Below, in pieces: positions 10,358 to 23,665 of a stretch of 26,605 bases of DNA. The translations under genes and the position numbers were made by a program. The stretch is taken from positions 1 to 26,605 of the forward strand of contig CAVNZM010000053.1 in NCBI GenBank assembly GCA_963693365.1. Reading direction: 5' to 3'. Under the pieces are notes generated by a model, which worked only from the letters and a program-made list of their open reading frames with translations, was not told the origin of the DNA and did no database searches. The stretch's first letter is position 1, and each line of letters starts with the position of its first letter. Source of the stretch: Amoebidium appalachense (lineage: Eukaryota; Protista; Ichthyosporea).

Positions 10358-12043
10358 CTGCCGGGACCTCCCCGAGGGCGCCCCACCCTTGCTAACCACA
10401 CCTTCCCCCGAGGCTCAGACCCGGAGGCCCGCCCGCTGCCCCAGCACCACATTGACACCTCCCGCCTCCGGGAGCTGCTGGCATCCTACCCAGACCAATC
10501 ATTCGCCGCGCAGCTCCTCCACGATGTCGAATTCGGTGTCGACAACGGCTACCGCGGCCCCTCCACCTCTCGGGTGGGCCCCAACCTACCCACCACCCCG
10601 GCTGCTGCTGCCGCTATCACGGCGGATATTGCCAACGAAGTCGCCCTCGGCCACCTGCGCGGCCCCCTCTCCCCGGACCAATTCTTCGCCGAATTTCCGG
10701 TCCACCGTTCCTCCCCCATCGGCGCCGTTACTAAAAAAGGGAACCCCCCCAAGTACCGTCGAATTCACCACCTCTCATGGCCCCGGGGCAGCAGCGTCAA
10801 TGACAGCGTCACCTACCCCGACGAACTTCAGTACATTCGAGCCCGGGACGTCACCCAGCTCATTCTCGACGCAGGCCCCGGCTGCTACATGGCCGTGGCA
10901 GACGTGCAGGCTGCCTTCCGGCACATGCCCATCCGACCAGAAGACCATCACTTAATTGCATTCAAATGGCAGGGGCATTTTTACGTTGACACCCGACTGC
11001 CCTTCGGCCTGAAATCTAGCCCAGCCATCTGGGAACGGATCGCGGCCACCCTCCAGTGGCTGGCACACCAGCACGGTGTTACCCTCATCCGCCACTACGT
11101 AGACGACTGGATTATAGTCGCCCCCACCCAAGAGCAGTGCCAACGTCACCTATCCACCTTCCTGCAACTCTGCCGAGAGCTGCACATTGCCATCTCCGAA
11201 GACAAGATGCAGGGCCCGGCTACCCGTATTGTCTTCATCGGTATCGAATTCGACTCCGTCACCATGATGGAGGCACGGATCCCTGCTTCCAAACTCTCGG
11301 ACCTACTCGACCTCACTTCCCACCCAACACCCACCATCACCATTCGGGACCTGCAATCCCTCCTCGGAAAACTCACCTGGTGTGCCCAGCTGGTCCCCCC
11401 CGGGCGGGCCTTCTCCCAGCGCCTATGGGCCCTTCTCCGAAAACACCCACACCTTGCCGGGCACCACCACATACGGCTGTCTGCTGCCGCCCAGGCAGAC
11501 ATAACCGAATGGCACCAGTTCCTCACATCATGGAATGGGGTGCACCTTATCACCCCCCCCACATACACCACCCTGGCCACCGATGCTGCCGGATCCGTGG
11601 GTCTAGGGGGCCACTGGCTCGACCAATGGTTTTTCATGCCCTGGTCTCCCCCCACCCAAGCCCTCTATACTCATGAGGGTAAACTCGGTTCCTCCGTCAT
11701 CGAACTCTTGGCCATCGCAGCCGCCGTGGCCCTCTGGGCCCCCTCCTGGTCCACCCACCATGTCCGTATTTTATGCGACAACACGGGTGCTGTGTCTGAC
11801 CTGCACTCCCGGTCTTCCCCCCACCCCGTGATGGCCAAACTTATTCGGTTCATCACCCGCATGGAAATGCAATACCAATTCACGTTACAGGCCTCCTACC
11901 TACCGGGACCCCTCAACCATCTAGCCGATGCCATTTCTCGTAACCAACTTTCCCGAGCCCGACGACTCCGACCTTCCCTGCAACCGGAGCCCTGCCCCGT
12001 CCCCTCCTGGGTCCACGAGTTCCTATCCTATCCCCTGGGCTAA
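10229..12043 (+). CDS. pol: DIRS/Ngaro reverse transcriptase-RNase H (true start possibly ATG 10086, joined across the poly-C run)
   Basis: KYRRIHHLS, ADVQAAFRHMPI, LPFGLKSSP, HYVDDW; RNase H motifs TDAA, IELLA, CDN, NHLADAISR. Confidence 0.95.
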
Positions 12044-12099
12044 CACCCCCCCCCCCCCCCCCCCCCCCAGATCTCCCCTTCCGGAGCAACGCCGGCAGA

Positions 12100-13143
12100 T
12101 TGGCCCCCCACTTTGCTCCGGCCGAGCTGCTTCGAGCCACCACCACCCTGCAGGAATGCCAGGCCCTGAGTCTCAACCTCGACTCTCGGGCCTTTTACTC
12201 CCGGGTGCAAAAAGTGTTCATCGATTTTTGTGTGGCATCTCGGCTGCAGTCCTCCTCCGGGCCCTACCTCCCGGCCTCCCCACACACCGTGCAGCTCTTT
12301 CTCGCCTGGTGTGCCCAACGAGGGGTACAGGCTTCTTCCTTGGCCGGCTACAATTCGGCCATCACCAGGCTCCACCTCGACATGGGCCTCCCTGCTCCCT
12401 ACCCCCACGACAAGTCTCTGGCCTGGTTCCTACGAGGGGTGGGCAGATGGCAGGTTTCTCACAACATCCGGCCCCGATCATCTACCAGGGAGCCCCTCCT
12501 GCCCTCCCACCTCAGCCTACTCCATGGCCAGTGCCCCACCAAGGCCTCCTCGGCCAATCTCCGGCTATGGACGGTCCTCATCGTCGGTTTTTGTGGTCTC
12601 CTCCGTTCGGGGGAATTTACCTCCAAGACCCTGACTTCCTTCGACCCGGCCCGTCACGTTAAAAGGAAGGACGTGACCTTCAGCTACACCCCCTCCGGTA
12701 CTTTGTCCCATGCCACCCTCCACCTGCCAACCTCCAAGACGGATGTACAGGCCCAAGGTGTCAACGTCACTCTCGCTGCCCTGCCCCTCACCCACTTCTC
12801 CCCAGCCCATCTCCTCCGGCAGTTCCTGGATACAACGTCCGGTCAACCCAACGACCCCCTGTTCAGTCTCGGTGGCATTCCCTACACCAAGGGTGCTTTC
12901 TCTGCCGACTTCCGTGCTCTCCTCTCCCGGGCAGGCCTCTCACCCTCCCGGTTTGCCGGCCACAGCCTCCGAATCGGGGGGGCCACAGACCTGGCTGAGG
13001 CCGGGGTCGACAACTCCCGGATCAAACAACTCGGCAGATGATTCTGTAAGTGGGCCTCCGACTGTTTCCTGATCTATACTCGACTTCGCCCGGTCTCCAT
13101 TGCTGCCACTACCACACGTGTATTCGCCTCTATTCTTAAGTGA
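12100..13143 (+). pseudogene. Tyrosine recombinase with premature stop at 13039 before the catalytic Trp and Tyr
   Basis: LLRSGEF (R), SKTD (K), GHSLRIGGAT (HxxR), then LGR*FCK-WASDCFLIY in the same frame to the stop at 13141-13143. The start may be ATG 11928 across a poly-C run. Confidence 0.9.
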
Positions 13144-13171
13144 AACCTTTGGAGCAAGCATACTGCTCTCG

Positions 13172-13262
13172 TGCCGTGGTTTACAACCATTGCAGGTTCA
13201 CTTTCGTCCAAGGGGATGTCCCCCTAGAGGCAACACACGTCCCGGAGTAGTTTTTTCATAGA
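13172..13262 (+). repeat. Split direct repeat B1 (91 bp)
   Basis: Matches 13744-13839 and ~6128-6217. Confidence 0.9.
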
Positions 13263-13613
13263 GGTTTTATTTGTGGAATTTATTGACATAAATATTTTTT
13301 CTGGGTAAACACGTAGGATGGGTGTTCGGTATCAACATAACCATGTAGGCTTCATTTCGTGTTTTAGCAGTTCGCGGTTGGCTGCCCGCACACGGGCACC
13401 TATTAGCCAATCAAAACATCAGATTCCACATATCACTAGACCGAGTTTCGATTGGCTCGGATCAGATTTCACATATCACTAGATCGATTTTTGATTGGCT
13501 CAAATCGGTAGGCTTAGGTATATAAGCACGACAGTTTTTAGCAGATCAGCAAGCTACAAACACAACTTCTGTGTTTAGCACTCACAGCCTTACAGCTATA
13601 TATTCCTTTTTCA
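13263..13613 (+). repeat. Split direct repeat A2
   Basis: Copy of 7526-7876, directly abutting B1. Confidence 0.95.
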
Positions 13614-13743
13614 CCCACCCACCTACACCCACACTCAACCCCCATTGATCCACACATACATGCTGTTTTTTCACGGGGCGAAGACTTCCCCCGTTTTTTG
13701 GGCACAAGGACCTCACGGATCAATAAATTGATGACTGGGGGCT

Positions 13744-13839
13744 TGCCGTGGTTTACAACCATTGCAGGTTCACTTTCGTCCAAGGGGATGTCCCCCTAGA
13801 GGCAACTGAACACACGTCCCGGAGTAGTTTTTTCATAGA
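13744..13839 (+). repeat. Split direct repeat B2 (element right terminus)
   Basis: Copy of B1 with a 5-nt insertion at 13807-13811. Confidence 0.9.
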
Positions 13840-15305
13840 TACATATATTATGCTACAAGGGGGGTTCTATACGAGCTACAACGTTGTGTTTTTTTCGTGT
13901 GACCCTCGTACTCCAGGGGCACATTCACCAACCCCCCCATAAACGTTGTGGTAAATTTCTCGTGCGAGAGGCTGTTCTGTGGGTAGTTATTGAAAAAACC
14001 AATAATGTCTAGGTAACACATGTACATATACTATGCTACAAGGGGGGTTCTAAACGAGCTACAACGTTGTGTTTTTTTCGTGTGACCCTCGTACTCCAGG
14101 GGCACATTCACCATCCCCCCCATAAACGTTGTGGTAAATGTCTCGTGCTAGAAGCTGTTCTGTGGGTAGTTATTGAAAAAACCAATAATGTGTAAGTAAC
14201 ATATGAACATATATTATGCTACAAGGGGGGTTCTATTCGAGCTACAACGTTGTGTTTTTTTCGTGTGACCCTCGTACTCCAGGGGCACATTCACTATCCG
14301 CCCCATAAACGTTGTGGTAAATGTCTCGTGCTAGAAGCTGTTCTGTGGGTAGTTATTGAAAAAACCAATAATGTGTAAGTAACACATGTACATATACTAT
14401 GCTACAAGGGGGGTTCTATTCGAGCTACAACCTTGTGTTTTTTTCGTGTGGCCCTCGTACTCCAGGGGCACATTCACCATCCCCCCCATAAACGTTGTGG
14501 TAAATTACTCGTGCGAGAGGCTGTTCTGTGGGTAGTTATTGAAAAAACCAATAATGTCTAGGTAACACATGTACATATACTATGCTACAAGGGGGGTTCT
14601 AAACGAGCTACAACGTTGTGTTTTTTTCGTGTGACCCTCGTACTCCAGGGGCACATTCACCATCCCCCCCATAAACGTTGTGGTAAATGTCTCGTGCTAG
14701 AAGCTGCTCTGTGGGTAGTTATTGAAAAAACCAATAATGTGTAAGTAACACATGAACATATATTATGCTACAAGGGGGGTTCTATTCGAGCTACAACGTT
14801 GTGTTTTTTTCGTGTGACCCTCGTACTCCAGGGGCACATTCACTATCCCCCCCATAAACGTTGTGGTAAATGTCTCGTGCTAGAAGCTGTTCTGTGGGTA
14901 GTTATTGAAAAAACCAATAATGTGTAAGTAACACATGTACATATACTATGCTACAAGGGGGGTTCTATTCGAGCTACAACCTTGTGTTTTTTTCGTGTGG
15001 CCCTCGTACTCCAGGGGCACATTCACCATCCCCCCCATAAACGTTGTGGTAAATATCTCGTGCGAGAGGCTGTTCTGTGGGTAGTTATTGAAAAAACCAA
15101 AAATGCCTAGGTAACACATGGACATATACTATGCTACAAGGGGGGTTCTATACGAGCTACAACGTTGTGTTTTTTTCGTGTGACCCTCGTACTCCAAGGG
15201 CACATTCACCATCCCTCCTTATAATTTGTGGTGAATTTATCGTGCTAGAAGCTACTCTGTGGGTAGTTAGTGAAAAAACCCGATGCTTATAAGTAACGCA
15301 TGCAC
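13840..15305. repeat. 183-bp satellite, right block (~8 units) with 549-bp trimeric higher-order repeat
   Basis: Anchors at 13859, 14042, 14225, 14408, 14591, 14774, 14957, 15140 (exact 183 spacing); last unit degenerate. Confidence 0.97.
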
Positions 15306-15519
15306 AAATTGTCATCATAACATTATACTACCATAGTAGTTGGTCGACAATAACGATATCTTGGGAACGTGGACACCATATTGTAAACCAAAAAATAATA
15401 ACACCATAATATACTACACATACCTAACAATGTATTGTGAATGAATAAAATACTTGCTTACGTGCTGGTAACATACGAGAAACAAGGATTCTCTCGCTCT
15501 TTTTTTCTTTCTTTTTTGT

Positions 15520-18660
<3,141 letters not shown>

Positions 18661-19096
18661 ATTACTTTCCTGTATTATCCTTTATGCTACTTCAAGTTTT
18701 ATACCCTACAGCTTACACAGGATGTAGGCTGGTGAAAGGTTTAATGGTAGGACGTTCGGTGACGTTTGTACCACGGACCACGGGAACATCTTCCCCAGGA
18801 ACAGTATTCAAAACAAAGAACTTTTATATTTTGAGGTGCTAAAAACGTGAGGACCACTTGTTATGGCCGTTGCCCTTCTCAATCTTGGTACGGAAATGCA
18901 CCCATAATATACTGCAAACGTATTGTATATGACGTGTGTATATCGTACAGGTACTGGTAGTATATTGATAGTACCTCCTACGTAATGATTTGTTCGCATT
19001 CGAACATACTGGCAGTATATACTGAGACTATAACCAATATATGGTGTCCTTAGCTGTGTCCGTATTGGTGACAGCCTTATAGATAGTATTCGTGAC

Positions 19097-20053
19097 ATTG
19101 CCAATACCACTTGTGCCTTAGATATTCGCAATAGGATAAAAGTTTTCTTGCTATATCATGTTTATGTTCTACTAATATGGATGTGATATGGGTAGGATAT
19201 GATCTACATAATGTCAGTATATGTCCACCCTAATACCACGGTATTAGCAATGTACTGCGCATACAAGGACTACACTCCGAACATGTTTGTTGAACATGTG
19301 TTGGCAATACATTCACAATATTGCGACTACATAGGTAAAGTGACCTGATCTTTCATCCCCAATATTTTACCAATATATTGGCAATAAAATACACGCCCCA
19401 TATTTTCGGTTGCTTTTACCTATTGATAATAGGTGCATAATAGTCTTGATATTGTGACGGATACATTGGCAATACATTTCGACCGAATTGAGATCCTATT
19501 ATAATCATATCATAACCCTATAACCAATAGCGACATTATGTTTGTATCGGCCATATGGGACAGGGTATGGGTTGGGTATATTGCCAATATCCCAAAATGG
19601 TCAGGAAAAATACATTCATAATATATTGGCAATAGTCTTGCCACGTTGGACAATACCCTAATTTGACACAAAATTGTCCTACATTTTATATATTCATAAC
19701 GTATTGACAATACTCCGCAAGCAATAGTATAATACCGAATAAGTACATTGACAATATCGAAATTGTATTGTTAATAGGCACACGTACACGCATTTTGGGA
19801 TATTGCCAGTACATTACTCATACGGTATATAGTTATTGGTGGTAGACCTGACATGGTATGAAAATAATATAAAAATATTATGCCGATATGACGTCAATAT
19901 TACAGTTCTATTACACTTCTATAGCGTCTCTACCACAGAAAATCTCTACTCGCAATACATTGGCAATGGATAATTGATATTACTTCAGTATTAATTATAA
20001 TCTGGTGTTTTTACGATATTGGCAATAGATAATAGCCTCACAATATTGGCAAT
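19097..20053. repeat. Dispersed array of palindromic ATTG-N-CAAT motifs in AT-rich DNA
   Basis: Perfect copies at 19097, 19377, 19465, 19580, 19625, 19703, 19747, 19959, 20018, 20045. Confidence 0.8.
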
Positions 20054-20124
20054 ACCACGGGGAAGTTTGCTGATGCCCCGACTATACACGTTATACATAT
20101 TCGTTGTTTTTGCCCCGGTTCCTT

Positions 20125-20188
20125 CCCCCCCCCCCCCCCCCCCCCCCCTCCCCCCCCCCCCCCTCTTCCCCCCCCCCCCCCCCCCCCC

Positions 20189-20222
<34 letters not shown>
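20125..20222. repeat. Interrupted poly-C tract
   Basis: Directly visible. Confidence 0.95.
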
Positions 20223-20224
<2 letters not shown>

Positions 20225-20337
20225 GAAACGTACACACTTTAAATTTTTTTTTTTTTTTCGTTTCTGTTCTCAAGTGGGGAGATTTCACTAGTTCAGTGGG
20301 GATATGATAACACAAACTTCAAAGTCTTAAGTGGGGA

Positions 20338-21270
20338 TGTTGTAATACGTAGTATTTACATATGGTAAGATCTTCTCAGTTTGTGTTATGTTTCAGTTCA
20401 TATGCTTAGTGTATATGCCACACTCCTATTATGTAAAGTGTAGCATCGATCTCCGATATGCTTGATAGTATACTTGTAATCGTGTTGTATCGGCTTTAAT
20501 CGTGTGTTGTAATATCGATTAGAATATTTATATGTGTGTACACGGATCCACCCACTCAGGGAGAGACGTGTACATGTTCGTGTGTACATAAATATCTCTG
20601 GTTATAGTTATGCTATTACTATCTTGTTTGTTGATCTGTGCTCTCTTTTCCTTCCTCTTTCTCCTTCCTTATTTTCTTTTCTTTCTCTCCTTGTCTTCAT
20701 GTGTATAATCGTATCTCTTTTCTACTAATATATGTTAGGTAGATTTGTGTTACTTAATACGTGTTCATTGGACGGTAACACACTTAGGCTACACTTAGAA
20801 TAGCATGTGTGTTTAGACTTCATTAATTTACTTTAGTTTTCATGTGTTGCCGGGCTTTAACCAATCATCAAGGTTAAGTGTGATATGTCTGAGTCTTTGC
20901 AGTATGTCATAGGTTAGAACTTCCTTGATGATGACACGAGTTGATCTTAACTAGTGTCTGTGTCCTATCGTGTACGTCTCCGCGTACCGGATCTCTCTGA
21001 AAGCAATTGGTTCTTAGTGATTGGTTTCTATTAGAGATAGATCTGATTTCCGACTGGTCGGAAATCATGTATGGATTGGACTTAGAGGAATTTCAGGTAT
21101 TTATTCGAAGATCAGAATAAATTCAGTTGAGTCGTGTTTAAACATTGATGTCTGTTGTGTACACTGCTCCGATCGTTCCGTGTTTTGTTCTTGTGTGTGT
21201 CTGTGGTGTTTTTACACTGCACCACTGTGTCTCTGCTTTCATCCCAAATACTTATACAATTTAACTGGCA
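20338..21270. mobile_element. Second LTR copy (inverted relative to 8741-9602), not flanked by a TSD
   Basis: Starts TGTTGTAATACGTAGTATTTAC (reverse complement of the solo end) and ends ATCCCAAATACTTATACAATTTAAC(TGGC)A. The flanks GGGGA and GGTAC differ. Confidence 0.9.
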
Positions 21271-21861
21271 GGTACCTTTTCTTGGTTTGAGGTGCGACCC
21301 GAAAATTGGTGACACTGTAGCGTGACAACCCAATGTCAGATCGAGTTGAAACTTGGTAAACCTCAAGGTCATTGGCTTACAAGCTTATGTGCAAAATTTG
21401 ACCTATGGTTGTTTGTCTTTATGCGACACAGGAAGGACGCGCTTTTGCCGGTTTTCAGCCGTAAAAAAGTGAAAAACGGCAACAAACTGCGTTGGCCGCT
21501 GTACTGCACAGCGTGTGAGCCACTCGTCATCTGAAACTGATCAGTGCGGCGGGTGGCAAGATGGTAACAAAGCGATAAGAAATTGTTTACGTGAACCAAT
21601 CATAGACGAGAACTAAGAAATATGCGGGTAAATGGGAATTTTCGGCTCACATATTGGTGACAAAGCAAAGGACGCTAAGGAGCATGTAGTTACGGTCAAC
21701 ATTGTACATATAATCTACAAATAATAAATATAATGTATAAATAAATGGTAAAAATCATTATATTACTCTTTAATACAGCTTAAATACTGAATAGGAATGG
21801 GCAGGTAGGAGTGGCACCGCGATCATGAAAAAGGAATTTTGCAACGCTCAAGCGTGGTTTG

Positions 21862-21886
21862 ATTGGTCGGCATGCGTTCTATATAA
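21862..21886 (+). promoter_or_regulatory. Putative CCAAT plus TATA promoter upstream of LINE ORF1 (mirror at 5218-5242)
   Basis: ATTGG 21862-21866 and TATATAA 21880-21886. Confidence 0.4.
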
Positions 21887-22051
21887 CAAGCAAGGACCTA
21901 GACTCACACGTGCAGTATCAAAATCTAATAGACATCATATGCCATACGGTGGAGATACAATTTTTTATTTTTTATTTTTTATTTTTTTATTTTTTCTAAA
22001 CAGAGCCGAGCGGAACAGGTTCCCTTTCCCGAGGTTAAAGCGCCACCGGCC

Positions 22052-23039
22052 GTGCCGCCAGCAAGTAGTTTTATTACGAAAGAACAACTGCACTTGATAC
22101 CCGAGAAGGCTAGGAAATCCGTGCTCAAACTTATGGCGCATCATGAGCAGCTCCGCACCCAAGTCTCCGACTTAACAACCCAAGTAGCTGAGTATAAAGC
22201 CAAACAGGACCACACAGACCTCCTTGTTCAGCAAATGGAGACGCGCTTACGGCAGCTGGAAGCTGACCGGGCAACCCCCACCGGCCCTGCCCACACGGGC
22301 CCGGCCCCTGCAGCACAGGCAGCCCCCGATGGGTTACCCACCCCACCGGGGTCTCCCAAGTTCATACCCACAACGAATCCTAAGGTGTACCGCACTACGG
22401 TGGACGCCAAGACCGTGTACGTGTCCGAGAAAGTCAAAACGTATGCCGAGTCGGTGGCCCAGACCCACGGGGCTACCCAGGCTTTGGCAGCCCTTGCCGC
22501 AGCGTCAGCACTGCACCCAACCCGCCGCCCTCGGGTGGCGTCTGACCCTGCCCCTCAGGGTACCGACGAGTCCGAGTTGACCACTGCAGCCTTCACCATG
22601 GTGCCGGCCAACATCAGCACCATGCGTGACCGTCTTTACACCCTCGGTGTCCTCAACCGAATGATTCCCGACATGCTCTTCATTGGCCGTCGCTACACAG
22701 TGTTCATTGTGCGTGCCGGCTACCGTGATACCCTCATAAACATCATCCAACGTGCTACCGACGCCACCTTTCTCGCAGACTTCGATCCTACGGCTCCCTA
22801 CAACACCACACTTAACCGTGCTGACGCAGAGGCCGCTGCCCGGGCCTCTTGGCAACGCCGGGTGCTTGCAAGAATGGCCAACGCCCACGCATGGGCTGTC
22901 AAGGCAGGCCACACTTTACCCGGCACACGACAGCCGGGCCAAAACAGCAGCTGAGGTGCGTGCCTACTGGGAGGCTCAGCACGTGCAGGTCTTCAGCAAG
23001 CCCTACGACCCCACCGCCGCACCAGCCAACTCCCAGTAA
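22052..23039 (+). CDS. LINE ORF1-like protein, second copy (22052..22954 plus frameshifted tail to 23039)
   Basis: Identical translation to the left copy. Confidence 0.7.
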
Positions 23040-23041
23040 GC

Positions 23042-23665
23042 ATGCTCTCCTTTCTTTTCTGGAATGCTCGTAGTCTAAATAAGAGTAAAGCACAGTTTCT
23101 TCTTTCGTTATCCCAACAGGAGTTCCCGTTTATTGTTGTCGCAGAAACGTGGTGGCGAGACCACGCCACACTTCGTCGGTCTGGACGGCTCGTGGGCGAG
23201 TCTACTCAGCCTGTGGGCCACAAGCCTCACTCCGGCATAGTGTTCATCGCCGCCTCCCACTTTGTTAACCACTGTTCAGTTATAGCACGTACAATACACA
23301 CACTCACCATCTCAGTTTGTGGCCATATATGCACTTTTGTTTATTTTCCACCTAGCCTTCCACTGCTAGCACTTAAACACGAACTTAACACCATCGCCCC
23401 ACATAACCCCACACTAGTGTTAGGAGACTTTAATAGCCCGCTAATTACCACCCCACACCCCCTACACGGCCACCCACAGGCCCTACTTAAACCCAACCAC
23501 CCACGCACGCCAACCTTTCACACTTTTGTTACAGCCTTACGCCTTACTCTTCCATCTGTAGTACAAGAACACCGCACGGACTGGGGGGCAGCCTCTGGTC
23601 CTTGCACCTTACACATACACCACAACACTGAGTACACCCACCACCGTCAGACCACCTACCTATAG
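23042..23665 (+). CDS. APE endonuclease domain, second copy
   Basis: WNARS, ETW, YFPP and GDFN motifs. Confidence 0.9.
   Translation: MLSFLFWNARSLNKSKAQFLLSLSQQEFPFIVVAETWWRDHATLRRSGRLVGESTQPVGHKPHSGIVFIAASHFVNHCSVIARTIHTLTISVCGHICTFVYFPPSLPLLALKHELNTIAPHNPTLVLGDFNSPLITTPHPLHGHPQALLKPNHPRTPTFHTFVTALRLTLPSVVQEHRTDWGAASGPCTLHIHHNTEYTHHRQTTYL

Larger units (their letters stand above)
7526..13839 (+). mobile_element. Full-length tyrosine-recombinase retrotransposon (DIRS order, Ngaro-like), inactivated
   Basis: Gag with zinc knuckles, RT-RNase H, YR, no methyltransferase-like domain visible, split direct repeats A1...B1-A2-(spacer)-B2, no target-site duplication. Confidence 0.93.

Noticed and set aside
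10325-12068. Programmed frameshifts at poly-C runs (10325-10356, 12045-12068)
   Set aside because: Long homopolymer lengths are unreliable in assemblies, so frame changes there are uninformative
6218-15305. CRISPR-like array or repeated 80-aa ORFs in the tandem repeat
   Set aside because: Whole 183-bp units are repeated with no unique spacers, no cas genes, and a eukaryotic context
21266-21325. tRNA primer-binding site (TGGCAGG, TGGTTTG, TGGTGACAC)
   Set aside because: The first exists in only one arm; the others are far from the LTR end and I cannot match them to a tRNA
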